From positions 5,312 to 69,311 of the forward strand of contig CAVZML010000006.1 of assembly GCA_963776395.1 (NCBI GenBank): a stretch of 64,000 bases of DNA. The letters run 5' to 3'. Below are positions 31,151 to 40,198 of this stretch, piece after piece; the stretch's first letter is position 1; each line of letters begins with the position of its first letter. This DNA is from an uncultured Chloroflexia bacterium. Lineage in GTDB: Bacteria; Chloroflexota; Limnocylindria; Limnocylindrales; CSP1-4. Under the pieces are notes generated by a model that saw only the letters and a program-made list of their open reading frames with translations, was not told where the DNA came from and searched no databases. The translations under genes and the position numbers were made by a program.

Positions 31151-32163
31151 CAGATTTTGGCGGTTTTTGTCTTATGGGAGTAGGGATGATGGGTACCGCA
31201 GACAAGCACGAAGACGATGAGCAACTTCTGACCCGTTACCTGCTCGGCGCGCTGTCCGGCGACGAGGCGCAACGCCTGGACGAACAGAGCGTAACGGACG
31301 ATGAGTTCGCATGGCGACTGGATGCGGTCGAGCATGACCTCGTGGATGCGTATGCAAATAATGAACTATCAGGCGAAACGCTGGAGCGTTTCAAGAACTT
31401 CTACCTGAGCTCTGCCAAACGATTAGGGAAGGTAGAGTTTTCGCGAACTCTGCTGCGCTTCGCCGAAAAGCCGGCTCTGGCGGACATCTCAGCCGGGGCT
31501 AAGCGAGCTACTCCGGGTTCCAGACGGCTCGACAAATCGCTGGAAGCCCGTGTTCCCGTGCGATGGTTTGGGACGCCTCACTGGGGACTGCAGATGGGGT
31601 TAGCGGGCGCGTCGCTGCTGATGCTGTTCGCCGCAGCCTTTCTGTTTGTCAAAAATGGGCGACTGCAAGAACAGATCGCCCAGGCATATAACCAGCAAAT
31701 GGCTCTGGAACAACGAGCGCACAAACTGGAAAACGAGCTTGATGAGCAACGCTCCACTGATACCAAATTGCAGACCGAACTGGAGAAATTAAGCGAATCG
31801 ACGCCGGCGGCCAGGGCACTGAAGACAATCGCCGTGCTGCTGTTGCCTCAGACACGCGGATTCAGTCAAGTTACGACCGTTTCGATTCCTCCTGCGACCG
31901 ATCGCGTCACGCTGCGACTACAACTCGAGTCCGATGATTTCCCCATATATCGGGCCGCTTTGAAGGACCCCGCAAGCGGGCACAATGTATGGAGCGGCGG
32001 CGATTTGAAAGCGAGATCGGAAGGGCAGAAGAGCGTTGTATCCCTGAGCGTGCCTGCAACCGTGTTGAAGCAACAGAATTACAGCGTAGAACTCACCGGT
32101 GTTCCCGCGCTGGGAGCTTCTGAAATTCTCAGCAGCTACGCGTTCAAGGCGGTGTTCAGGTAG
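31147..32163 (+). CDS. Single-pass anti-sigma-like membrane protein
   Basis: N-terminal LLTRYLLGALSGDEAQRLDEQ motif typical of anti-sigma N-domains. One TM helix (GLAGASLLMLFAAAFLFV), then a coiled-coil segment and a ~150-aa external beta-rich domain. Translationally coupled to the sigma gene. Confidence 0.65.
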   Translation: MTDFGGFCLMGVGMMGTADKHEDDEQLLTRYLLGALSGDEAQRLDEQSVTDDEFAWRLDAVEHDLVDAYANNELSGETLERFKNFYLSSAKRLGKVEFSRTLLRFAEKPALADISAGAKRATPGSRRLDKSLEARVPVRWFGTPHWGLQMGLAGASLLMLFAAAFLFVKNGRLQEQIAQAYNQQMALEQRAHKLENELDEQRSTDTKLQTELEKLSESTPAARALKTIAVLLLPQTRGFSQVTTVSIPPATDRVTLRLQLESDDFPIYRAALKDPASGHNVWSGGDLKARSEGQKSVVSLSVPATVLKQQNYSVELTGVPALGASEILSSYAFKAVFR

Positions 32164-32203
32164 GGTCACGAAGCGCTGCTAGCTAGTGTGCTTGGGAGGC
32201 TAC

Positions 32204-35200
32204 ATGAGGCCAAGAACGTTGCACTGCCGATCGCGAGACGTTCGTTGGGCTCTTATGTCAATCATAGCGAGCGTTTTGTTTCTCATTTGTTTGAATAGAA
32301 CTGCCGTCGCGCAAAAGACATCGCCTAATTCTGGTGAGCAAGCCACCGTCCCGAACACGCTATCGTTGCACAGGCCGATCGACCGAATCCTGAAGCCTGG
32401 CGAGCAACACAGCTATCAATTTGCCCTGGTTGCTGGGCAATACGCCAGACTGGCGGTCGAACAGCGCGGTATCGAACTTGTGCCTGAAGTTCTTGAGCCT
32501 GACCAGGGACTGCTCGCCAAATTCAATGACCAAGTGCGGCCAACAGGCGAGCAACAAGTCTTTATCGTGGCGGACACGGCCGGCAACTATACCGTGAGGA
32601 TCAAAGCGAACCTGAAAGGAATGCCTGCAGGTTCCTACTCGATTCGCGTTGATGAGATTCGCGCAGCGGGGGAGGACGACCGGGCCCTATTTGAGGCGCG
32701 CAAACTGCAGACCCAGGCATTGTCGCTGCACCAGCCGGCAAGTACGATGAGGAGCTTCCGCTCTCCGAACGTGCCGTGGCCATCACGGAAAGAGTATCCT
32801 CGGCGAGTCCAGCTTATCTGGCGGGATTGATTCGAGACCTCGGAGCGGTCTACTGGTTGAAGCAGAATCCCAAGGCAAAAGCGCTCTTCGAGCGTTCCGT
32901 CGCGATGTTTGAGCAAGCATTGGGCCCCGAGGATCCGCAAACCGCTTACACCGAGAGCTGGTTGGGAATCGTGTATCGTGTTGATGGAGACTACGACAAA
33001 GCGGAACAGATATTGCGACGTGACCTGGCAATTTTGGAGAAAGAAGTAGGCCCCAACCATCCCTGGGTTGTAAACACACTGAGGAGCCAAGGCATCCTGT
33101 ACGATGCCCGGGGAGATTTCGACAACGCAATGGAGACCACTCAGCGTGCCTTGGGTATCGCGGCGAAAACCGTGGGCGAAGAGTCCCTAGTGTATTCGCA
33201 ACTTGAGAACAACGTGGGCTTGGTCTTCCTTGAAAAGCATGAATACACACACGCTGGCCCGCACCTGGAGCGCAGCCTAGCGATACAGGAGAAACTCTTC
33301 GGGCCGAGCTATCCGCCAATCGCAATCATCCTGCAGAACCTCGGGATCGTCGCACGCGAGGCGAAAAAAGATCCTCTGGCGCACCAGTACTACGACCGCG
33401 CGCTGGCCATTCGCGTGAAAAACCTGGGCCCGGAGAGTCGCGACGTTGCCGGCACCCTGGTAAACATTGCGAATCTGTATCACTCCGAAGGCGACGACAC
33501 AAAATGCCTGCAAACTCACCTTCGTGCGCTCAAGATCGTGGAGAAACGGCAAGCCCCAGCGAGGCGTTGACGATCATTTCTCTGGTAATGTCGCGAAAAC
33601 GTATGCAGCGCTGGGTGATTTGCCGAATGCGGTTTTGTACCAAGCCAGGACCGATGCCGCCATTGAACGGGCCATCGCCGCAAACGTCATCATCGGGTCA
33701 GAGCGGCAAAAACTACTTTTTCTCCATGGCGATATCTCGAATCGGACGGACCGAACCGTCTCACTCAGCTTGCAATTGGCGCCTAAGAATCCCCAGGCGA
33801 GTTCGTTGGCCGCTTTGGTCCTTCTACAGCGCAAGGGGCGTGTGCTCGATGCGATGACCGACTCGTTCGGCAAGCTGAGGCAGCGCGCGGATGCCGGCGA
33901 TCAGGCGCTATTGGATGAATTGATGAAAACCACCACGCAACTGGCACAGTTAGTTTTATATAGCCCAGGAAAGACTCCTGCTGAGGAGCTCCAGAAACGG
34001 GTGAGAGAACTAGAGGATCGCAAAGAGGACCTGGAAGCGGAAATCAGCCGGCACAGTCTGCAATTCCGTGCGCAGTCCCAGCCCGTGACACTGGAATCAG
34101 TGCAGGCAGCGATTCCAGAGAATACGGCGCTGCTGGAATTTACGGCGTATAAGCCATTCGATCCCAAGTCGATCAGCACCAGCACTAACTACGGCGAGCC
34201 TCGCTATGCTGTCTTCGTGATTCGCAGGACCGGAGCGCCGCACGCAGTGGATCTCGGCGAGGCCAAAGCGATTCAAAAGGCATTAGAGAAGTTTCGCGAA
34301 ACCTTGCGCGATCCGCTGAACGGTGATGTGCGGGAGTCCTCACGAGAGCTGGACGCCATGCTGCTGCAGCCAGTTCGGGGTTTGCTGGGCGACGCAACAC
34401 AGTTGTTGATCTCGCCGGACGGTGACCTCAATCTCATCCCATTTCAGGCGCTGCTCGACGAACAAGGGCATTATTTGTTGCAACGTTATTCGATCGGGTA
34501 TCTGACCACCGGGCGTGACCTCTTGCGCATGCAGATCAGCCCCGCAAGCAAGAAGGCGCCGCTGGTGATGGCCGATCCGGCTTTCGGCGAGCCACAAACG
34601 ACGGAAGTTGTTCGTGCAGGGCAAACCCCACCTCTAACTGTGGCAAGCATGCGCCGCAGCGTCACGACGGCCAAAGATCTCTCCGGTGTCTATTTCGCGC
34701 CGCTCGGTGGCACGGCCATCGAGGCGCGGGCCATTCACAACTTGTTTCCAGAAGCGCAGGTCCTCACGGGACCGCAGGCAGCGAAGGATATTTTGAAACA
34801 AGTCGAAGCCCCGGGCATTCTCCACATTGCCACCCACGGTTTTTTCTTGCAGGAAGCAACCGAAGGTAAAACTTCGCCGCCGAGAACGGCTGCAACGAAA
34901 GACGCTCCTGAGAAAGAAGATCAGCCAGTTTGCGAAATCCGCTTCTTCGATCCGGCCTGGCACTGGCCGGCGCCAATGTGAACAAGACCGCAGCCGACAA
35001 TGGCATTCTCACGGCCCTAGAGGCTTCCGATCTGAACCTCTGGGGTACAAAGCTCGTCACCCTATCGGCCTGCGACACCGGAGTCGGCGAAGTGAAAAAC
35101 GGCGAGGGCGTCTACGGATTACGCCGCGCATTCATCCTGGCCGGCACCGAATCGTTGGTCATGAGCCTCTGGCCCGTCAGCGACTATGTGACGCGACAGC

Positions 35201-35364
35201 TGATGACACAGTATTACACGGGCTTGAAGAACGGCCTCGGCCGAGGCGAGGCGCTGCGGCGGGCGCAACTCGCCATGCTGAATCGCAAGGACCGGCAGCA
35301 CCCCTTTTACTGGGCCAGCTTTATCCAGGTCGGAGAATGGGCCAATCTCGAAGGCAAGCGCTGA
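32204..35364 (+). CDS. Secreted beta-sandwich/TPR/CHAT (caspase-like) protease, about 3 frameshifts
   Basis: Signal peptide (ALMSIIASVLFLICLNRTAVAQ), an N-terminal pre-peptidase-C-terminal-like domain, and TPR units (ORF 32776-33570). The CHAT domain has a His site (ILHIATHGFF, ORF 33467-34981) and a Cys site (LVTLSACDTGVG, ORF 34930-35364). Frame changes occur near 32738, 33550 and 34950. Confidence 0.75.
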
Positions 35365-35533
35365 GCGCCAAGTTCATTCAACCGAAGATCATCTCCAGCG
35401 CACTCTGCCATCTACCACTGAGCAACTCGTGCATCCTGCCGTAAAAAGCCGTCAGCCAAATGCGCGTTTTGCCCAGCGGAACCTCATTTGAAATGTTTTT
35501 GTCTTTTCGTCTTATCCCTACAAGAGCGTCCCC

Positions 35534-37162
35534 TTGGGCACTCCTTATTGTTCTGTGGCGAACGTGGTCAACGGAGGAGATGTGTCCAGATTTCAAACCC
35601 GCTATTTGCGTTGTACTTCGAGCAGGATCATCCTCGGGAAATTCGGAGTTGGCATAGTTGTGGGTCTTGTTGCCGTGCTGTTTGTTGGAGGAATCCTGGC
35701 GGTAGCTGCGGGCGGCAACCGCTTCATTCCGCGTTACGAGGAATTCCCGGATGCGGACGGCGGCCTTGCCAACCTGAATCTCGGCGGACCTACAGACACG
35801 ACCACCAATCCCTTTTTCCAGCCCATGGGCACTAACGGCCGCAGTTGTGTGACGTGCCACCAACCTAGCGACGCTTTTTCCGTTACCCCACGTCACATCC
35901 GTCAGCGCTTCGAGGCCACCCGGGGTACGGACCCGATCTTCCGCCCGGTGGACGGCGCGAACTGTCCAATGGCGGATGTTTCCACAATGGAGGAGAGGCG
36001 CGAGGCCTACAGCCTGCTGTTCAGCAGAGGGCTCATTCGCATCGGCATCGCCGTTCCGGAAAACGCGGACTACCAAGTCGTCGCCGTCTACAACCCGTAC
36101 GGATGCAATGCAACCAATGTCATTTCCATGTACCGGCGTCCGCTGCCGACCACGAATCTTCGCTTCTTGAGCGCGGTGATGTTCGACGGACGGGAATCCA
36201 CTCCGCTCACCGGCACCACCAAAATCATCTACAGCAATTATCCGGATTCGCTCATGGCCGATTTGGCGCACCAGTCGGTTGACGCCACAATCGGCCACGC
36301 ACAGGGAGACGGTACGCGGCCAACCGCGGAGGAGCAGCAGCAGATCGTGGATTTTGAAACGAAACTCTTCACCGCGCAGGTACACGACCGCCACGCCGGT
36401 AGACTTCGAGACGACGGTGCGCAGGGCGGCCCCTATTCTCTTTCTACGCAACCCTTTTTCATTACCATCAATTCAAGCGTACATTTTCTGCTTTCGGCAT
36501 TTGAGCAACCCGGCGGGTTGCTGACTCCGGGCGACGGCCAATTTACCGCGAATATTTTCAATCTTTATGGCAGTTGGGTATACACGAAGGACGACGATCA
36601 CGATCCGCGGACCACCGCACGACAATCCATCGCTCGCGGGGAGTTGCTCTTCAACACCTTGCAGATTCCCATCTCAGGTGTGGCTGGCATCAACGATGAT
36701 GTAGCGGCAGGAGGGCTCGTTGCCGGCGGCATTCCAGTGCTGCAGGGCAATTGCGCCACTTGCCACGACACGCCCAATGTCGGCAATCACTCTTTCCCCA
36801 CGCCCTTGAACATCGGCACCGGGGATCTCTCTCCGGACGACTCTTCCGTCAACCTGGGAGGTTTGGAGGTGAGTTACTTGCCGGAGATCACAGTGTGCAG
36901 GAAAGACCCCACTTCAGGCCTACCGACCAACAACTGTAAGACCACGACTGATCTCGGCCAGGCCTTGATCGATGGTAAGTTCGACCATGTTGGCAAGATT
37001 AAGGGACCGATCCTTCGCGGGCTGGCCGGGCGCGCACCCTATTTCCATAACGGCTCGGCAGCCACGTTACTGGACGCCGTCAACTTCTATGACACCCGCT
37101 TTAATCTGAACCTCAGCCAGCACGACAAAGACGACCTAGTCGCCTTTCTGAAGACTCTGTAG
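35534..37162 (+). CDS. Membrane-anchored di-haem cytochrome c peroxidase/MauG-family-like protein
   Basis: N-terminal TM helix (FGVGIVVGLVAVLFVGGILAVAA), two CxxCH motifs (CVTCHQPSDAF, CATCHDTPNVG) and the conserved GRAPYFHNGSAATLLDAVNFY region. The exact start is uncertain. Confidence 0.7.
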   Translation: MGTPYCSVANVVNGGDVSRFQTRYLRCTSSRIILGKFGVGIVVGLVAVLFVGGILAVAAGGNRFIPRYEEFPDADGGLANLNLGGPTDTTTNPFFQPMGTNGRSCVTCHQPSDAFSVTPRHIRQRFEATRGTDPIFRPVDGANCPMADVSTMEERREAYSLLFSRGLIRIGIAVPENADYQVVAVYNPYGCNATNVISMYRRPLPTTNLRFLSAVMFDGRESTPLTGTTKIIYSNYPDSLMADLAHQSVDATIGHAQGDGTRPTAEEQQQIVDFETKLFTAQVHDRHAGRLRDDGAQGGPYSLSTQPFFITINSSVHFLLSAFEQPGGLLTPGDGQFTANIFNLYGSWVYTKDDDHDPRTTARQSIARGELLFNTLQIPISGVAGINDDVAAGGLVAGGIPVLQGNCATCHDTPNVGNHSFPTPLNIGTGDLSPDDSSVNLGGLEVSYLPEITVCRKDPTSGLPTNNCKTTTDLGQALIDGKFDHVGKIKGPILRGLAGRAPYFHNGSAATLLDAVNFYDTRFNLNLSQHDKDDLVAFLKTL

Positions 37163-37168
37163 GCATAA

Positions 37169-37199
37169 GGAAACGGTACCTGCCGAACGTACAGTTTCC
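37169..37199 (+). terminator. Hairpin downstream of the peroxidase-like gene (weak terminator candidate)
   Basis: GGAAACGGTAC-ctgccgaac-GTACAGTTTCC forms an 11-bp stem with one mismatch. No U-tract follows. Confidence 0.3.
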
Positions 37200-37327
37200 A
37201 CCCACCAAGCCAATCTTGCGCGAATTAGGAGCGAAAGGTACGAACTTCTCCGGGCGCGCTTATCGAAGAAGTGGCTCTTAGTACTCGCCTCTACGAGCTC
37301 ATAATCCGCCAGCGGCAGGTTCAGAGA

Positions 37328-37353
37328 GTTGGTGCACATTTTGGTGCACACCT
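37328..37353 (+). repeat. 26-bp direct repeat, right copy (GTTGGTGCACATTTTGGTGCACACCT)
   Basis: Partner of 22996-23021. Confidence 0.7.
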
Positions 37354-37460
37354 AGGTCAAATTAGATAGCAAGTGGTAGTAATGGAACGAGCGACCTAAG
37401 TTGCTGGGATATAATGTGATAGCACAAGACGACGGTCGGCAGTAGGTGTCTGGTTTTGAA

Positions 37461-37499
37461 GTGTCAGGGTAGCGCTCTAACCAACTGAGCTACGGGCCT
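37461..37499 (-). repeat. Orphan tRNA-Val 5' half (position 1 to the anticodon loop)
   Basis: 39 nt equal to 22906-22944 apart from one mismatch in the anticodon loop (gtgtcaG versus gtgtcaA). No 3' half follows. Confidence 0.85.
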
Positions 37500-37517
37500 A
37501 TTTACACCTCTAGAATA

Positions 37518-37835
37518 TCACGCCTGCTGGCCTGAGAGAATTTCGTACACACTCTTCCACTCCGCCTCATTAGCGGGCTGCCACGCAGCTCCCAAACCAC
37601 GCACCGCGCTCTGCACTTCGGCAAAAGGCCGGTCCGCAAGCACCTTTTGCAATCTCAGCCACTCATCGCGGACATCCTGAATCTCGTCGCCGCTCGCCTC
37701 AGCCAGAAATTCTTTCACCGCTTCGCCCGCCGACTCATATTCTTCCGCAAAATCCTCATGCAGGTAGGCGGGAAAGAATTCCTGCAGCGCCGGATAATCA
37801 TTCGGATCGAATCCCTTCTTCTCTTCGTGCTTCAT
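37518..37835 (-). CDS. CDI-type immunity protein family member
   Basis: 105 aa. YPALQEFFPAYLHEDFAEEY...EFL......EIQDVRDEWLRL matches the pattern of contact-dependent-inhibition immunity proteins. Its ATG overlaps the stop of the upstream toxin gene (ATGA). Confidence 0.65.
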   Translation of the reverse strand: MKHEEKKGFDPNDYPALQEFFPAYLHEDFAEEYESAGEAVKEFLAEASGDEIQDVRDEWLRLQKVLADRPFAEVQSAVRGLGAAWQPANEAEWKSVYEILSGQQA

Positions 37836-38383
37836 CTGCCAGCCTCCGGGTATGCCGTCAGCACGTAGAAACCGTCCGGCCCATCGGCGCGCAGCACAAT
37901 CACTGCATCGGTGCACGCCTCCGCAGCGCTCTCCCCTCGCCGTAAGCTTCGGCCAATCGGCCGGGCCGCCGAATAATGCAGAGCCAGGTTCGGACGCGGA
38001 TAGCCACGCCTCATCCAACTTTCCACGCGCCCGCGTTTGTCTCGCAGCGCTTCAGCCACCGTCTCTTCTGCCGTCGCGCGATCCGTCCACGTAGACGCCG
38101 CCGAAATGTTGCGTTCGCGTTCCAGCCGCTCCGCCAGTTCTGCGTTGGTTCGCGTCACGTGGCGACTCAACGTGTGCCCGCCGCGTTGCTCGTCGCGCTC
38201 CAGATCGTAGCGATCTTTCGTACTTTTGGGTGTCGCGGCTGTTTGCGCAGGACTGCTGCTTTCGACGCCGCTGTTACCAGGCGCGGGCGCCTTTCCGCAT
38301 CCGCCCGCGTGCATGGCCGCCAAGCACAGCATCAGCGCGGCAATCGCGCTAACAATCCATCCCCGCGTGCGCTTCCCCTTCAC
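37832..38383 (-). CDS. Lipoprotein with RNase-A-like (CdiA-CT type) toxin domain
   Basis: Lipobox-like signal (LMLCLAAMHAGGC). The domain carries RGGHTLSRHV..T.AELAERL...ASTWTD.ATAEE.V, resembling bacterial RNase-A-like toxin domains. Confidence 0.55.
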   Translation of the reverse strand: MKGKRTRGWIVSAIAALMLCLAAMHAGGCGKAPAPGNSGVESSSPAQTAATPKSTKDRYDLERDEQRGGHTLSRHVTRTNAELAERLERERNISAASTWTDRATAEETVAEALRDKRGRVESWMRRGYPRPNLALHYSAARPIGRSLRRGESAAEACTDAVIVLRADGPDGFYVLTAYPEAGR

Positions 38384-38518
38384 GTTCCTAGTCCGCTCCC
38401 GTTTCTGCCTAATGCCGCCGTCATCGCATCGCCGCCTCGAGTATACGCATATCCTTCATACCCTCGCACGCCTTCCCTTGGTTGTGACCGCGCCGAACCG
38501 GATGCTATTCTCAACTTT

Positions 38519-39195
38519 ATGGCTGATCTGCAACATCCCTCTCTCGACGACGCGAGCCTCGACTCCGCCACAGCTTCACCGACGACTACGCCTTCGTCTA
38601 TCAATCACTCCGCCCGCCAGGTGGAAGCCCTCCTCGAAGTCACCGAAACCATCGCCCAACAGCGCGACCTCAAAGCTCTCTTCCACGATCTCGCTGAGCG
38701 CCTCCACGGCGTTCTCGCTTTCGACTTTCTGGCTCTGGTCCTTCACGAGCCCTCCAACAACACCATGCGCCTTCATATCCTCGAGACGCACGATCCTGTC
38801 GAGCCCAAGCCGCAAAGCGAATTTCCCGTCGACGAAGTCCCCGCAGGCTGGGTTTGGCAGCATCAGCAACCATTCGTCATTCTTGATTCCTCCAAGGACA
38901 CGCGCTATCCCGCCTTCATGCAGCGCCTGCAAGACGCCGGTGTTCATACCATGGCGATGCTCCCGCTCACCACCGCGCAGCATCGCCTCGGCGCTCTTGG
39001 TTTCGGCCGCTACATTCCTCAAGGAGTCACTGAGCCTGAGATCGACTTCATGAAGCGCGTCGCCGCTCAAGTCGCGGTCGCTGTTGACAATGCCCTCAAC
39101 TTCCAAGCCGCCGAAGCCGCGCAGAAGCGACTCTCTCGCGAACGCGACCGCTTGCAGGTTCTGCTGGAGATCAACAATCTCCTCGTCTCTCCCGC
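38519..39195 (+). pseudogene. GAF-domain N-terminus of a sigma-54 activator-like regulator, truncated at the composition break
   Basis: MADLQHPS... GAF domain (LKALFHDLAERL...LALVLHEP...LPLTTAQHRLGALGF), then the linker coiled coil (RLSRERDRLQVLLEINNLLVS). No AAA+ domain follows. Confidence 0.7.
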
Positions 39196-39467
39196 TGGAG
39201 GATGCCGGGTGGGAGGACGACGAGGACCATCCGCGAACCGCAGCCGAGCTGGTCGACGCGTTCCAGGTGACCTGGCTGGTGATCGACGACTGCCTGCGGC
39301 GCTGGACCGAGGAGGATTTTCAGGCCGAGTTCTCGCGGCCCCGGAGGCACGGTCCCGCGTCCACCCGCGCCTGGGTGCTCTGGCACGTCATCGAGCACGA
39401 GCTGCAGCACGGCACGGAGATCGCACTCATTCTTCGCAGCCACGGCCTGCCCACGCTCGACCTGTAG
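39196..39467 (+). pseudogene. DinB-family C-terminal fragment (5'-truncated)
   Basis: ...TAAELVDAFQVTWLVIDDCLRRWTEEDFQ...WVLWHVIEHELQHGTEIALILRSHG in the frame of ORF 39084-39467. There is no N-terminal half. Confidence 0.6.
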
Positions 39468-39609
39468 CAGTCCCGGGCGGCGGTCGGCCAGGCGGTCGAC
39501 CCAGACGGTCGATGATGACAGCCTCGGTAGAATCGGGGTACCGTCGGCCCCCTCGGCGAAGGACCGTGCCTACCGCCAGGGTCGACGCGAATGCACGGAG
39601 GCGTCCCAT

Positions 39610-40017
39610 ATGCTGGCCTTTGTCGTGGAGCTCAAGGACCGCCCGGGCGAGCTCGCCAAGGTGGCGGAGACGATCAGCGCGAAAGGCATCAACATCACCG
39701 GGTTCACCGGGGCGACCTGTGGCGACATGGGCTCCGTCTGCCTGATCACCAACGACGAGTCGGCGACGCGGCGGGCGCTCCAGGACGCGCACTACAAGGC
39801 TCGCGAGCGTGAGCTCGTGGTCGCGACGATCCCGGACAGGCCCGGATCGCTGGCCGACTTCGCCCGCCGGCTCGCGAATGCCGGCGTCAACATCGAGGCC
39901 GCCCTGCCGACGGGCATGAGCGGCGACGGCGTCCACGTCGCGTTCGCCACCAACGACGCGGCGAAGGCGCGCGCTGCGCTCGGCGACGCGGTCCTGAGCG
40001 GGTCCAGCACCCGCTGA
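39610..40017 (+). CDS. Tandem ACT-domain protein
   Basis: Two ACT-like units (VELKDRPGELAKVAETISAKGINI and IPDRPGSLADFARRLANAGVNI). Confidence 0.75.
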   Translation: MLAFVVELKDRPGELAKVAETISAKGINITGFTGATCGDMGSVCLITNDESATRRALQDAHYKARERELVVATIPDRPGSLADFARRLANAGVNIEAALPTGMSGDGVHVAFATNDAAKARAALGDAVLSGSSTR

Positions 40018-40198
40018 TACGGACGCTGCCGCCCGACCTCGAAGCCCCGGCGACCGCCGGGGCTTCGCCTTGTCATCCCCCGCGAACCATGGCTGGGGGT
40101 CTCACGGCACCCGGATCGCGCGACCATTGGCCCATTGCGACGACCCCGATGCCGCCCCACGCTCGGGCCCATCGGTTCAGCGATGACGAGGCGTCCCA

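Noticed and set aside
35378-36451. 357-aa minus-strand ORF
   Set aside because: It is antisense to the di-haem peroxidase-like gene, which carries CxxCH and PYFHNGS motifs. It has no motifs of its own.
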